Part shown: positions 48,131 through 58,080 of the stretch, in pieces
Layout of the letters: every line of letters starts with the position of its first letter
Position numbering within the stretch: position 1 is the first letter of the stretch
Source: a virus
Lineage: Duplodnaviria > Caudoviricetes
IMG/VR virus record: IMGVR_UViG_2974709037_000001
Location: 6,184-70,183 of that record
Direction: 5' to 3' (one strand)
Length of the DNA: 64,000 bases
Position numbers and translations under genes: made by a program
The notes under the pieces: model-generated
The model's input: the letters and a program-made list of their open reading frames with translations, nothing else
What the model was told of the DNA's origin: nothing
The model's database searches: none

Positions 48131-48700
48131 ATGGGATTAGAGCCGCGTTGCCGGTCGGGTAAAAAATGTGTTTCTCGTACGCCTGATGGCCCGGCGATAG
48201 TAGCGCTGCGCCCGCTCTGCGACGGCTGCATTAAGGACATTCAGAAGTGCCTAGACGAGCTGCCCGCTTATGCAGGTCTGCTCGAAAAGTACAAGGGCTA
48301 TGTGCCCGGTTCGGTTGGTCAGTCAAAGGTCAGTTCATCGGCTGAACCTAAGTCACCGCTGAACCTGACGGTTATCGACCTGATAGGGCAGATCGGCGCG
48401 GTTATCCGCCGGGCTGAGGGCTACCAGGTGCGTGACCTAATCACGCTAAGCGGTGGCTTAGAAGTGGCGCTCGATATCCGGTCGGTCTATTCAAAGTCGG
48501 ACGGGATTATCGGCCTGCAAAGGGTGTGGGAGCGGCGACGTGTCCCATGCCCGGAATGCAACTTGCCAACGCTGGGAGCGTGGGTTGGTGAGGATCGCAT
48601 TTACTGCACGAATAGTGATTGTGCGACCACGCTAAGCAAGTCTGAGTATGAGGACTACTGCGCCGATAAGGCAAGGGCTAAGCGTGGCGGTATTCGCTAA
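48131..48700 (+). CDS. Zn-finger hypothetical protein
   Basis: Multiple CxxC motifs. Confidence 0.6.
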   Translation: MGLEPRCRSGKKCVSRTPDGPAIVALRPLCDGCIKDIQKCLDELPAYAGLLEKYKGYVPGSVGQSKVSSSAEPKSPLNLTVIDLIGQIGAVIRRAEGYQVRDLITLSGGLEVALDIRSVYSKSDGIIGLQRVWERRRVPCPECNLPTLGAWVGEDRIYCTNSDCATTLSKSEYEDYCADKARAKRGGIR

Positions 48701-49058
48701 GGTTCCGATGCACAAACGGGGGAGTCCACGGACCTCTGGCGGATGCCATGACCGGGTGCGGGAAACGTGGGGTAAGGCCGATCAATACGCCTGTGCCGAG
48801 TGTGGCGACAAGGCGAAGGACTGGGCATATGACGGTACCGATCCGGGCGAGCTTTACCTAAAGCCAGCGGGTAAGCCCTATTCGGTGATGTGTTCGCAGT
48901 GGCCTGAGTTCTATATGCCGCTGTGTCGCTCATGTCACCGGGTTAGGGACGCTCGTCTATTGCAGGACGAGCTTACCGAATATCGGAAGTTCAAGCAGCG
49001 TACCGGGCTGACGCTAAAAGAAGTAGAAGAAATGATAAAGGAGAAGATTAGTGCCTAA
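48684..49058 (+). CDS. HNH-like protein, WAYDG family copy 2
   Basis: CHDRV..TWGKA.QYACAEC...WAYDGTDP...PEFYMPLCRSCH. Confidence 0.6.
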   Translation: MAVFAKVPMHKRGSPRTSGGCHDRVRETWGKADQYACAECGDKAKDWAYDGTDPGELYLKPAGKPYSVMCSQWPEFYMPLCRSCHRVRDARLLQDELTEYRKFKQRTGLTLKEVEEMIKEKISA

Positions 49059-49461
49059 CGCTGAAATTACGATTCAGGGAAACCTTACTGCTGATCCGGA
49101 GCTGCGGTTCCTTGACTCTGGCGTGGCGGTAGCTCAGTTCTCGGTGGCCTCTACGCCGCGCGTTAAGAAGGGCGACGAGTGGGTGGACGGCGAGACCGTG
49201 TTCCTGCGTACGTCCATTTGGCGTGAGCTGGCTGAGGGCGCGGCTGATGCCCTTAAGAAGGGTGATTCGGTCGTGGTGATCGGGAAGCTCAAGCAGCGGT
49301 CTTACACGAAGGACGGCGAGAAGCGGACCGTCTTTGAGATTGACGGCGAGTTCGTCGGCAAGAGCGTTCGTAAGCGTCGTGAGCGTGACAGCGGCTACTC
49401 GAGTGGGGGCAATTCGGGCGGCGGCAATTGGGGTGGCGGGGAAGACGCTCCTCCGTTCTAA
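49051..49461 (+). CDS. ssb: Single-stranded DNA-binding protein
   Basis: GNLTADPELRF...; acidic EDAPPF tail. Confidence 0.95.
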   Translation: MPNAEITIQGNLTADPELRFLDSGVAVAQFSVASTPRVKKGDEWVDGETVFLRTSIWRELAEGAADALKKGDSVVVIGKLKQRSYTKDGEKRTVFEIDGEFVGKSVRKRRERDSGYSSGGNSGGGNWGGGEDAPPF

Positions 49462-49492
49462 ACCCGACTTAACCGCTACGAAAGGTTTACGC

Positions 49493-49711
49493 GTGTCTCA
49501 CGAAAAAACTTCCGTGGTTTTGCGGAAGATTGATAGGGCTGCTCGGGTCCGGGGGATGACTTTTGTCCTCCGGCGTCCCGGCGGCAATCACAGCATTTAT
49601 GACCTCGACGGTCACATGGTGACTATTCCGAATGGGTCCAAGGTGACGCGGGTTGAGGCGACTTACCGGCAGTTACAGGACAAATTGGGAAGGGGCTGGT
49701 GGCGGGAATGA
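49493..49711 (+). CDS. HicA-like toxin / RNase
   Basis: GGNHSIY...VTIP; GAAAGG RBS before GTG at 49493. Confidence 0.6.
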   Translation: MSHEKTSVVLRKIDRAARVRGMTFVLRRPGGNHSIYDLDGHMVTIPNGSKVTRVEATYRQLQDKLGRGWWRE

Positions 49712-49850
49712 GAGAACGTTGGGGCGTCCGCTATCCGATCAGCGGAGTTCACACCTGCCCATTCGGTCGGAAACAGGCCGACATGATTCACCTGCTAGCG
49801 CTTATGAATGGCGTTACTGAGGCGGTGGTTGTTGTCGATGACGGCGACGG

Positions 49851-50282
49851 TTGGAGGGTCGTTTGACAACTAGGCGAATCTTAGTAACGGGTTCCCGCGA
49901 CTGGACTGACAGGAATAGGGTGTTCGTCACTCTGTCAATTCATATGGTCGGCGTCGATTCGGCGGTGATCGTTCACGGCTATTGCCCTACGGGTGCTGAT
50001 CTGTTCGCGGACGACTTCGGGGTGCGCCATCCACGCTGCACGGTGGAGCCTCATCCAGCGGATTGGTTCAAGGCTTGCACTGACAAGTGCTATCACAAGC
50101 CGCGCTTTAAGGACGGTAAGCCGTACTGCCCGGTTCAAGGGTTTATCCGGAATCAAAAGATGGTCGACCTTGGCGCGGACGTATGCCTGGCTTTCCCACT
50201 TGGAAAATCGCCGGGCACCCGTGACTGTATGGCTCGCGCTAAGAAAGCGGGCATTCACGTAATCAACTGTGGAGACGAATAA
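49851..50282 (+). CDS. SLOG/DUF2493 (YspA-like) protein
   Basis: ILVTGSRDW...VHG...GAD...RNQKMVD.GAD..LAFP...GT. Confidence 0.8.
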   Translation: MEGRLTTRRILVTGSRDWTDRNRVFVTLSIHMVGVDSAVIVHGYCPTGADLFADDFGVRHPRCTVEPHPADWFKACTDKCYHKPRFKDGKPYCPVQGFIRNQKMVDLGADVCLAFPLGKSPGTRDCMARAKKAGIHVINCGDE

Positions 50283-51557
50283 ATGAGCTTAGACGCGCCA
50301 GAAAGCGTTAACTATGCGGCCACTATTGTTCAGGTGCCAGAGCCGCTGTCTGTGGTCGGTCTGGACAACCTGCTGGCCGTCCCGCTGTTCGGGTACCAGG
50401 CGCTCACGCAGAAGGGCATTAAGGCCGGTGACCTCCGGGTGCTGTTCTTCGCTGAGACGCAGCTTGACACCGAGTATGCGCGGGAGAACAACCTGTTTCG
50501 CGAGGCCACGCTGAACCAGGACGCCAGCGAGACCGGATACCTAGAGCCGAACGCCCGTGTCAAGGCGATCCGGCTGCGTAAGAACCAGTCGGACGCGTTG
50601 CTGATGCCGTTGGAGTCGCTGGCCTACACCGGCTACGACGTGTCCGCACTCAAGCCGGGCGACGTGTTCGACAAGCTGAATGGGCACACGATCTGCCGCA
50701 AGTACATCGCCAAGGGTAAGAAGCAAGCCACGCAGGGTCAGCCTAAGGTGCGTAAGCAGGTTGACGAGCGCCTGTTCCCGAAGCATCTGGACACGGAGCA
50801 CCTGTTCCGGAACCTGCACTACTTCCGGAACGCGCGCCGCGTCGTGGTGACTCAGAAGCTTCACGGCACGAGCTGGCGGGGCGGCAATATCCCGGTCAAC
50901 CGGACTAAGGGCCGCGTCGAGCGGTTCATCAACTGGCTGGGCTGGTTTACCCACGACACCGAGTACAAGCACGTCTACGGCTCTCGGAATGTGGTTAAGG
51001 GCCGGTCGGAGAACAACCACTACTACGACACGGACCTTTGGGCCGAATACGGTAAGCAGCTTGAGGGCAAGATTCCCGAAAACTTCATCGTCTACGGCGA
51101 GCTGATCGGGTGGGTGGATAACGACACGCCGATTCAGAAGGGCTACACGTACAACCTGCCTCCGGGCCAGTGCGAGCTTTACGTGTACCGGGTGGCGACG
51201 GTGAACCCGAAGGGTGTCATTGCCGATCTGTCCTGGGAAGGCGTTAAGGACTTCTGCGCGAGCTTGGACCTTAAGACGGTGCCTGAGCTGTGGCTAGGGA
51301 AGATCCATTCTCCGAACAGTGATTCAGACGCGAATCTGACAAACGTGTACGCGGATGAGTTCCTAGATCGGAAGCTGTTTGACGACGGCAATTCGACCGC
51401 GCTTCCGCTGTCTGATCCTAAGACGGTTGACGAGGGTATCTGCGTCCGTATCGAGGGCCAGATTCCGCACGTGTTCAAAGCGAAGTCGCCACTGTTCCTG
51501 CTACATGAAAGCAAGGCGCTAGACGCTGGGGTTGCCGACGTTGAGTCAGCCGCCTGA
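50283..51557 (+). CDS. RNA ligase (Rnl2-like)
   Basis: TQKLHGTS (motif I), YGELIG, DEGICVR, FKAKS. Confidence 0.85.
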   Translation: MSLDAPESVNYAATIVQVPEPLSVVGLDNLLAVPLFGYQALTQKGIKAGDLRVLFFAETQLDTEYARENNLFREATLNQDASETGYLEPNARVKAIRLRKNQSDALLMPLESLAYTGYDVSALKPGDVFDKLNGHTICRKYIAKGKKQATQGQPKVRKQVDERLFPKHLDTEHLFRNLHYFRNARRVVVTQKLHGTSWRGGNIPVNRTKGRVERFINWLGWFTHDTEYKHVYGSRNVVKGRSENNHYYDTDLWAEYGKQLEGKIPENFIVYGELIGWVDNDTPIQKGYTYNLPPGQCELYVYRVATVNPKGVIADLSWEGVKDFCASLDLKTVPELWLGKIHSPNSDSDANLTNVYADEFLDRKLFDDGNSTALPLSDPKTVDEGICVRIEGQIPHVFKAKSPLFLLHESKALDAGVADVESAA

Positions 51558-52095
51558 GTGTGTTATTGAGTGGTGCTCTAGGCCAGTAAGGACAGCTCCT
51601 TACTGCCTAGGGCACTACCAGCGTAGCCGCAAGGGTAAAGATATGAATAAGCCCTTCAAGCGGATAGGCGACGGCCCGGTTTGCACAATTGATGGGTGCA
51701 AAGGCGCTAGAAAGGCGCTTGGTTTGTGCGCCGCGCATTACCATCAGCGGCGATACGTTCGGACCCCGCTGCGAACCGATATCTCATACAACGCCGCGCA
51801 TTCCCGGGTTAAGGCGCTGTGGGGTCCAGCCAGGCAGTACGGGTGTGTCACGTGCGACTGTCGGGCGGCGCATTGGGCGTACGACGGCACCGACCCAGAG
51901 CAGCGTTACGGTCCCGCCTCCGGCGGCGAATCGTTCATGTATTACTCGGCATTTCCAGAGTTTTACATGCCTATGTGTAAGAACTGCCACCTGAGGATGG
52001 ATGGCCGCTTGGCGGCGGAAGAACTGCGCGAATACCGCGAATGGAAACTAAGGACCGGTATGACCCTTAGGGATTTAGAAAGGATGACTGCGTGA
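51532..52095 (+). CDS. HNH-like protein, WAYDG family copy 3, with N-terminal Zn repeats
   Basis: Two C-x4-C...C..HY repeats followed by the WAYDGTDP domain. Confidence 0.6.
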   Translation: MPTLSQPPECVIEWCSRPVRTAPYCLGHYQRSRKGKDMNKPFKRIGDGPVCTIDGCKGARKALGLCAAHYHQRRYVRTPLRTDISYNAAHSRVKALWGPARQYGCVTCDCRAAHWAYDGTDPEQRYGPASGGESFMYYSAFPEFYMPMCKNCHLRMDGRLAAEELREYREWKLRTGMTLRDLERMTA

Positions 52096-52748
52096 CGGTC
52101 GATATTAAGGACGCTTTCAAGGCTGCTAAGCTGCGGGAGGCTGAGGCTAAGGCTGATCTTGCGGTGTTGCAGACCGGCCAGGCGCAGCGGGCCGAGCGTC
52201 ATTTCATGGCGACTGACGACATGCAGCGCCAGCACTATTTCATCGGCGGTGTGGATAGCGCCAACGTGAACAGTGCTGCTCAGCACCTTGAGTTTTGGCA
52301 TCGGGTGGACCCGACGTGCGACATGAACATTGAGATTCACTCCGGCGGCGGGTCCGCGCTGGCGGGAATCAACCTGTTCGACACGCTTACGCGTTACTCG
52401 CTGCGGGGCGGTGGTCAGCACAAGTTGACTATCACTGTGCGCGGCTTGGCGGCGTCTATGGCGACGGTGCTTGTGCAGGCGGCTGACGAGCGGGTCATTG
52501 GCCCTGAGTCGTTCTTCATGGTTCACGAATTGTCCGGCCAGACGGCGGGCAAGATCGGCGAAATGGAAGACACCATGAAGTTCTACGCGAAGCTAAACAC
52601 TCGCATTGGTGAGATTTACGCGGAGCGTTCGGGCGGTAAATGCACCGTTGAGCAGTTTAGGGCTCTGTGGACGCGTCAGGACGTTTGGCTGAATGCCCGC
52701 GAGGCGTTTGAGCTTGGGTTTGTGGATCGGATTGAGGGGACTAGCTAG
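52092..52748 (+). CDS. clpP: ClpP-like protease
   Basis: IHSGGGS, GLAASMAT, FMVH, WLNAREAFELGFVD. Confidence 0.9.
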   Translation: MTVDIKDAFKAAKLREAEAKADLAVLQTGQAQRAERHFMATDDMQRQHYFIGGVDSANVNSAAQHLEFWHRVDPTCDMNIEIHSGGGSALAGINLFDTLTRYSLRGGGQHKLTITVRGLAASMATVLVQAADERVIGPESFFMVHELSGQTAGKIGEMEDTMKFYAKLNTRIGEIYAERSGGKCTVEQFRALWTRQDVWLNAREAFELGFVDRIEGTS

Positions 52749-53284
52749 TGGCATATGACGATTACTTTGGGGGCGTGAAGGCTCCGACGTTGAGCGAGAC
52801 CCCGCGCGCTTACACGCGGCCTGTGCGTTTGGATAACGAGCGCGCCGTTCCGCCCGCCCCGGAGGGTGTGAGCCGGGTTCAGCAGGTTAAGGCTCTGCGG
52901 ACGGAGTTTCCGGGCATGGGCTTGAAAGAGGCCGTCGATATTGTTGACGGCAAGAAGCCGCGTCCGGATGACCCTGCCTCGGGGGAGCTGGTGGAGTTGA
53001 GCGACGCCGAAGCTAAGGCGGCGGCTAAGGCGCTCCGTGAAAACACTGGCCGGGTGTTCGACTTGCAGGTTAACGCGGTTGTAGCCGCGATCAACCAGGT
53101 GCGGTCGAACGATCCGGTGGGCACGCTGCGTAAGTCGGTGGCCGGGCAGTTCGCTTTCGCTATCGCGCCGGGCCAGTACCTCGTGATCGAGACTGGCGAG
53201 CGTCCGCGTTTTAAGGCCGCTGACCCGTCAGAGACCACGGGCATTAAGCAGTCGTGGAAGGTGTTGCACGCGGCTAATGGCTGA
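52748..53284 (+). CDS. Hypothetical protein with ribosomal L7/L12 C-terminal-like motif
   Basis: VQQVKALRTEFPGMGLKEAVDIVD. Confidence 0.55.
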   Translation: MAYDDYFGGVKAPTLSETPRAYTRPVRLDNERAVPPAPEGVSRVQQVKALRTEFPGMGLKEAVDIVDGKKPRPDDPASGELVELSDAEAKAAAKALRENTGRVFDLQVNAVVAAINQVRSNDPVGTLRKSVAGQFAFAIAPGQYLVIETGERPRFKAADPSETTGIKQSWKVLHAANG

Positions 53285-53377
53285 TCGGTTTGCATGGTGG
53301 TTCGTGGGCGCGGCTATGGGGGCCGCGCTCACGTTCTACCTATTCGGTAAAGGCTTTATCAGTGTAGGTGGGGACGA

Positions 53378-53683
53378 ATGAGGTACACGCTTCTAGCTGG
53401 GGCTAAGGAATTGGCCCTGATCATGCACGAAGACGGCTCCGTGTTCCGTTACAACCTTGGTCGGCGGGACGGGATTGTCTTCTACCAGGACGCGGACCAC
53501 GCGGCGGCGCTGAATCCAGGTGAGAACCTGTCGTGGACGTACTACGGCAAGACGTTCGATGGTATGCCCGCGCTACGGGCCTGGTGGGATTACGTGCGGC
53601 TGCCGGGCGGGCAGGGTGAGCGGGAGTTCGCCAAGCGCCGGGTAGACAAGGCCCTGGCTGACCTCCTGGCCGATGTCGCCTAG
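53378..53683 (+). CDS. Hypothetical protein
   Basis: ORF with RBS. Confidence 0.55.
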   Translation: MRYTLLAGAKELALIMHEDGSVFRYNLGRRDGIVFYQDADHAAALNPGENLSWTYYGKTFDGMPALRAWWDYVRLPGGQGEREFAKRRVDKALADLLADVA

Positions 53684-54026
53684 GTGGCCGTGGCCTGAGG
53701 ACACTAAGGACGACCGATACCGCCGGATTATCGACCACTACCGGACAGCTCTGGCGGATATCGACCTTGAGGCGTGCTTAGTTGTCGATAAGAAGATGGC
53801 CGAGTATGGGCAGCCGTGGGTATCCGATAACTCGATTATCGACGTGAACGAGATGCTGAGCGCTAAGCAGCTGGCGGAGCGGTTCGGGCTCTCTGAGTGG
53901 AATGTGCGCGATTGGGCGCGCCGTCATCCTGGGCGGATTCGCAAGCATAAGGCCGCTAACGGTCGCACGCTATTCCGCGTTGGGGACGTGCTCACGTACC
54001 ACGCGACAAAGGGGAGTAATGGCTAG
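53673..54026 (+). CDS. HTH DNA-binding protein
   Basis: LSAKQLAERFGLSEWNVRDWARR. Confidence 0.7.
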   Translation: MSPRWPWPEDTKDDRYRRIIDHYRTALADIDLEACLVVDKKMAEYGQPWVSDNSIIDVNEMLSAKQLAERFGLSEWNVRDWARRHPGRIRKHKAANGRTLFRVGDVLTYHATKGSNG

Positions 54027-54229
54027 CTTGGAACTTAAGCACCAGAGCAAGGAGTTCCTGAACAACTTGCGGGCGATCAGTGCGCTTAAGGATGACGTGG
54101 AGTCGCAGAAGGTTTACACGCTCATCGAAATTGCACGGTCGTTGGACCGCATTGCCGTGATGCTTGAGAAGCCTCTCTAAAGGGAACTCGTGAGCGTGCT
54201 TTAATTAATGAGGGGAGAACTTTACCCAA

Positions 54230-54637
54230 ATGTGGATTGATAGCCCGCTCGTGCCTGGTATTCAGGTGTCCGATCAGGGCAAGATCAAGGGTCCACGAAA
54301 GGAACTCTCCCAGTGGACTGACGACCGGGGCTGTAAGCGCGTCAAAGCGAACGGGAGGCCCTGGGCGGTACATATCCTGGTGTTGACGGCGTTCGTTGGC
54401 CCTAGGCCCGATGGGGCCGCTCCAAAGTGGCTCAATGGTGATCCAACGGACAACCGGCTTGTCAATCTCAAGTGGCAACTGCCGGACGACCCGGAGGTTC
54501 AGACGCGGGTCAATCGCTGCCGTAACGGTCATGTGTATTCACGAGAGAACACAAAGGTATGGGGTTCGGGTCACCGGATTTGTTTGGACTGCGAGAAAGG
54601 TAGTCCTCCGGTGACTCAGCTTCCAGAAGTGATTTAG
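54230..54637 (+). CDS. NUMOD4/HNH-like endonuclease (possibly degenerate)
   Basis: VHILVLTAFVGPRP...LNGDPTDNRLVNLKW; the expected His is replaced. Confidence 0.7.
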   Translation: MWIDSPLVPGIQVSDQGKIKGPRKELSQWTDDRGCKRVKANGRPWAVHILVLTAFVGPRPDGAAPKWLNGDPTDNRLVNLKWQLPDDPEVQTRVNRCRNGHVYSRENTKVWGSGHRICLDCEKGSPPVTQLPEVI

Positions 54638-54724
54638 CGCGCCCGCCTTGGGGCGGTTCTGGCTGCGCTAGGCGGTGTCCCTGCTACGGGAGAGGTAGCG
54701 GGGGCACCGCTTTCTCGTAGGGGG

Positions 54725-54970
54725 GTGACCGTGAAGCCGTCAGACTTTGCATGGTTAGCGCTTGCTATCGGCATTATCTCGTATGAGGTTGCGGCTCCAC
54801 CTGGCGAACTAATGAGTGAGGGCTGGGACCGCTACTTGCAGAGATTCCCGGTAACCGCGCGGGTGTTTCCGCTGCTGCTGACTCTGCACGTAATTAACGC
54901 GTTGCCTGACCGCTATGACCCGGTTCATCGCCTGGCTGTGTGGTTGGGAACGCTTGGGGGAAAGAATTGA
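54725..54970 (+). CDS. Small membrane protein
   Basis: AWLALAIGIISYE...ELMSEG.DRY...HVIN.LP..YDP. Confidence 0.6.
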   Translation: MTVKPSDFAWLALAIGIISYEVAAPPGELMSEGWDRYLQRFPVTARVFPLLLTLHVINALPDRYDPVHRLAVWLGTLGGKN

Positions 54971-55305
54971 CCACTAAGGACGCTATTAACCCATCGCATT
55001 ACAAGGATGGCTGGTCGGATGGTGCTGAGCTAATCAGCATTACTGAGAACCTGAACTTTAATCGCGGCAACGCGGTCAAGTACACCGCTCGGGCCGGTAA
55101 GAAAGACCCGGCCACTGAGCTGCAAGACCTAAAGAAAGCTCTCTGGTACCTAGAGCGCGAGATTAAGCGACTTAAGGCGCGCAAGCCTGCCGCAGTTAAG
55201 CCGGTCCTGCTCGGTGAGCAGATGTACACCATTAACGTCGGGCCGAACGCAGTTGACTACATGCAGGCTATGGCCGTTGCTAAGCACCCTCGGGCGTTCG
55301 CGTGA
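54967..55305 (+). CDS. DUF3310-family protein
   Basis: INPSHY...GNAVKYTARAGKK...DLKKALWYL. Confidence 0.85.
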   Translation: MTTKDAINPSHYKDGWSDGAELISITENLNFNRGNAVKYTARAGKKDPATELQDLKKALWYLEREIKRLKARKPAAVKPVLLGEQMYTINVGPNAVDYMQAMAVAKHPRAFA

Positions 55306-56084
55306 GCGCCCGCGTCCTGATCCTCGATATCGAGACGCAGCGCGCCATTGTCGAAACTTTCGGGCTGTTCAAGCAGTTCATCGGTATTGACCAGGTGCAG
55401 ACCCCTACGCGGGTGCTGTGCTTCGCGGCCAAGTGGCGCGATGAAGACAAGGTGATCTTCAAAGCTGCCTGGGCCGACGACGACGAGGACGCGTACCTGC
55501 GGATGATGCAGGCCGCGTGGGATTTGCTGAACGAAGCCGATATCGTGATCACTTGGAACGGAGACCGCTTTGACCTGCAATGGTTCGAGGCTGAGTTCCT
55601 TAGGGTGGGCCTGAGCCGGCCTTTGCCGTACAAGTCGATTGACTTGATTAAGACGGTTAGGCGTTGGTTTAAGGGCGGGCTGATGAGCATGAAGCTCGAT
55701 TGGTCGTCCCGCATGATCCTTAAGGACCGCAAGGTTCCTCACGGCGGTACGGACCTTTGGTGGGATATCCGGCACGGTACGCGTGCTGAGCAGCGCGCGG
55801 CGCAGAAGCTCATGCGTGAGTACAACGAGCATGACGTAGTTCTCACAGGTCGGCTGTTTGAGAAGCATCTGCCGTATATCAACGTGAACTTGTCGCTGTA
55901 TGAGGAAACGGTGGACGACGGCGAAATGCATTGCACTAAGTGCAACTCTACGAATCTTAAGAAAGACGGCGTGAAAGCTTACGTCACTGCTGCGGGTGTT
56001 TATCAGATGTACCGCTGCAAGGACTGTGATGCGACTTCGCGCGGTAAGCGTATTTCAGGTACTACGGAATTGAGGCCAGTCTAA
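55302..56084 (+). CDS. RNase H-like / DnaQ-type exonuclease
   Basis: ILDIET, TWNGDRFD, YNEHDV; C-terminal Zn ribbon. Confidence 0.85.
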   Translation: MSARVLILDIETQRAIVETFGLFKQFIGIDQVQTPTRVLCFAAKWRDEDKVIFKAAWADDDEDAYLRMMQAAWDLLNEADIVITWNGDRFDLQWFEAEFLRVGLSRPLPYKSIDLIKTVRRWFKGGLMSMKLDWSSRMILKDRKVPHGGTDLWWDIRHGTRAEQRAAQKLMREYNEHDVVLTGRLFEKHLPYINVNLSLYEETVDDGEMHCTKCNSTNLKKDGVKAYVTAAGVYQMYRCKDCDATSRGKRISGTTELRPV

Positions 56085-56253
56085 TGAAGCCGGTTGCGCA
56101 GCCTAACTTGCTGCACCAGATTATCTTGGGCCATCTTGTGGATAACAAGCAGGTGTATGTGCCTGTTAAGGATGGTCAGGGGTACTGGCGTGGCACGTTG
56201 GCGAACAACGTGTCTGAGCGGAATGTGGACCTCGCGGCTCGTCGCTGGATCAA

Positions 56254-56538
56254 GTGATGTCCGGCCCGAAGTTTGGTGTCCTGGCCGGGACGCGGGAGCG
56301 CGCTAAGGCGGTGTTCCGGCAGCTCGGCTGGGAGCAGGGCCACGACAGGGCGTTCGCGCTGAGCAAGTGGGGCGAAGACGCTCGCGGCATCCAGCTCGAC
56401 GTGCTCCTGGTCGACGAGACGGCGTTGCCGATTGATCGCAGTACGTGGGAGAGCTACGCGCCGTGCTTGAAGGCGCGGAATGGCGTTGCGTACGCGTTGC
56501 AGTCGCTTGGTCCTGAGCACGTTAGGCCGTCCTGGTGA
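56254..56538 (+). CDS. Hypothetical protein
   Basis: RGIQLDVLLVDE Walker-B-like fragment. Confidence 0.5.
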   Translation: MMSGPKFGVLAGTRERAKAVFRQLGWEQGHDRAFALSKWGEDARGIQLDVLLVDETALPIDRSTWESYAPCLKARNGVAYALQSLGPEHVRPSW

Positions 56539-56670
56539 GTAAGAGGGCAGCCACGGCGCGGCAGGAATTGCGCCGGTCGAACGCGGCGGTACCGCATAAG
56601 AACCAGCACACGGAACGAAAGCTCGGGAAAGGTAAGTACGGACGGCAGGCGATAGCGGAGGGGGTGGCGG

Positions 56671-57090
56671 ATGCCAGGGAATCTCCGCAAAAAGTCGGGA
56701 GCCGGGAAGACAGAGCGTGACTACCTTAGGGCGCGTAGGCGTGTTCTGAGGCAGTCGCAGATTTGTGCTCACCCGCATTGCCGTAAGGCTATCGACTTGA
56801 ACCTTAAGCCTATCTGCCAGTTTGTGGACACGTCGTTGTACGCAGTGGAGTCCGCGCATTTGATTCCGCTCACTTGTGGCCCTGAGTGCCGTGAGCTGAA
56901 ACATGCGCGTAAGGCTAACCCTTGGTCGGCTTCGGCTAACCATAAAATCCCGGTTTCGCAGTTGCCGCCGGATTCAAACATGCTCGCCAGTGCAAAGAAC
57001 TTGGAGCCTATGCACCTTAAGTGCAATCAGGCCCTTGGAGATGGCGACCTTAAGCCGAGGAACAAGACCTCGCGGGACTGGTTTGCGTGA
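56671..57090 (+). CDS. HNH endonuclease
   Basis: SANHKIPVS...NLEPMHLKCNQ. Confidence 0.75.
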   Translation: MPGNLRKKSGAGKTERDYLRARRRVLRQSQICAHPHCRKAIDLNLKPICQFVDTSLYAVESAHLIPLTCGPECRELKHARKANPWSASANHKIPVSQLPPDSNMLASAKNLEPMHLKCNQALGDGDLKPRNKTSRDWFA

Positions 57091-57503
57091 GGCAACCCAC
57101 GTCACTAATTAGAAATGGTGATGGGCACAAGAAATGCAACTGGTGCGGTAACTGGCTAGCTGAAAGCGAGTTCTCTAAGTCGAGTTCGACGTTAGACAAG
57201 CTCTCGTCACGCTGTAGGGCCTGCCTGTCAGGCAGTCGCTACGGCCTTACCCGCAATGACCTAACGCGCCTGCTGAATGAATGCGGGTGGAAGTGTCCTA
57301 TCTGTTCCCGTGATATTGGGTTCGGGACGCGCGGCCTACATGTTGACCATGACCACTCTTGCTGCGCTGGCAACAAGAGCTGCGGTCGGTGTCTCCGTGG
57401 CGTTACCTGCGGGCACTGCAATAAGGGTTTGGGCTACTTCCGCGACGATCCTGACGCACTGCTAGCGGCGGTCAAATACTTAAAGAAGAAACGGGACGCT
57501 TAA
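57087..57503 (+). CDS. Endonuclease VII-like HNH nuclease
   Basis: CPIC...VDHDH...CGRCLRGVTCGHCNKGLGYFRDD. Confidence 0.85.
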   Translation: MRQPTSLIRNGDGHKKCNWCGNWLAESEFSKSSSTLDKLSSRCRACLSGSRYGLTRNDLTRLLNECGWKCPICSRDIGFGTRGLHVDHDHSCCAGNKSCGRCLRGVTCGHCNKGLGYFRDDPDALLAAVKYLKKKRDA

Positions 57504-57727
57504 TGTCTGACGAATACGATCCTGACAACGACCAGGGTAGCAACATTCTGGTTCGTGAGCTTCGCATCATTCAGTACATCGACGAGGATGGTTCGCTTAA
57601 CACGGTGGACTTTTCGCAGGGTACTAATGGTGCTGAGCTTGACGACGATGGCTATGCGATCCTGACTGATTGGGCGCAGGCTTTTGCGTTGTCGTCTAAG
57701 GTCGCGGCGATTCTCGCTGATGAGTGA
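57503..57727 (+). CDS. Hypothetical acidic protein
   Basis: Coupled ORF. Confidence 0.55.
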   Translation: MSDEYDPDNDQGSNILVRELRIIQYIDEDGSLNTVDFSQGTNGAELDDDGYAILTDWAQAFALSSKVAAILADE

Positions 57728-57822
57728 GGTTTACAAGTCGGACGTTGAGTGCCGTTGTATGGATTGTGACGACATGATTCGTCTTGGCGATGAGGTTATC
57801 GAGTACGCGGGAGAGATGTTCC

Positions 57823-58080
57823 ATGCCGAATGCACTTAACTTTTGGGGTCCGCTGCCGACGCGGGAGCAGTGCGAGGAACTGGTAAACGCGATTGGCTAC
57901 GACTATGAGGCCGGGGAGTACCCGGACGACATGTCAGACTTCGCTAAGTCGGTGTTCGACCAGCCGGACGGCGGGTTCCTGGTGGCGTTCTCATGGCTCA
58001 AGCGGGCAGTATCGCTGATCCCAGCGGGTACCTGTACGGCTAAGGATTGCAGCGTGTGCAACTGCTGCGAGGGGGAGTAA
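57823..58080 (+). CDS. Hypothetical protein
   Basis: GGAGAG RBS, ATG at 57823. Confidence 0.5.
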   Translation: MPNALNFWGPLPTREQCEELVNAIGYDYEAGEYPDDMSDFAKSVFDQPDGGFLVAFSWLKRAVSLIPAGTCTAKDCSVCNCCEGE

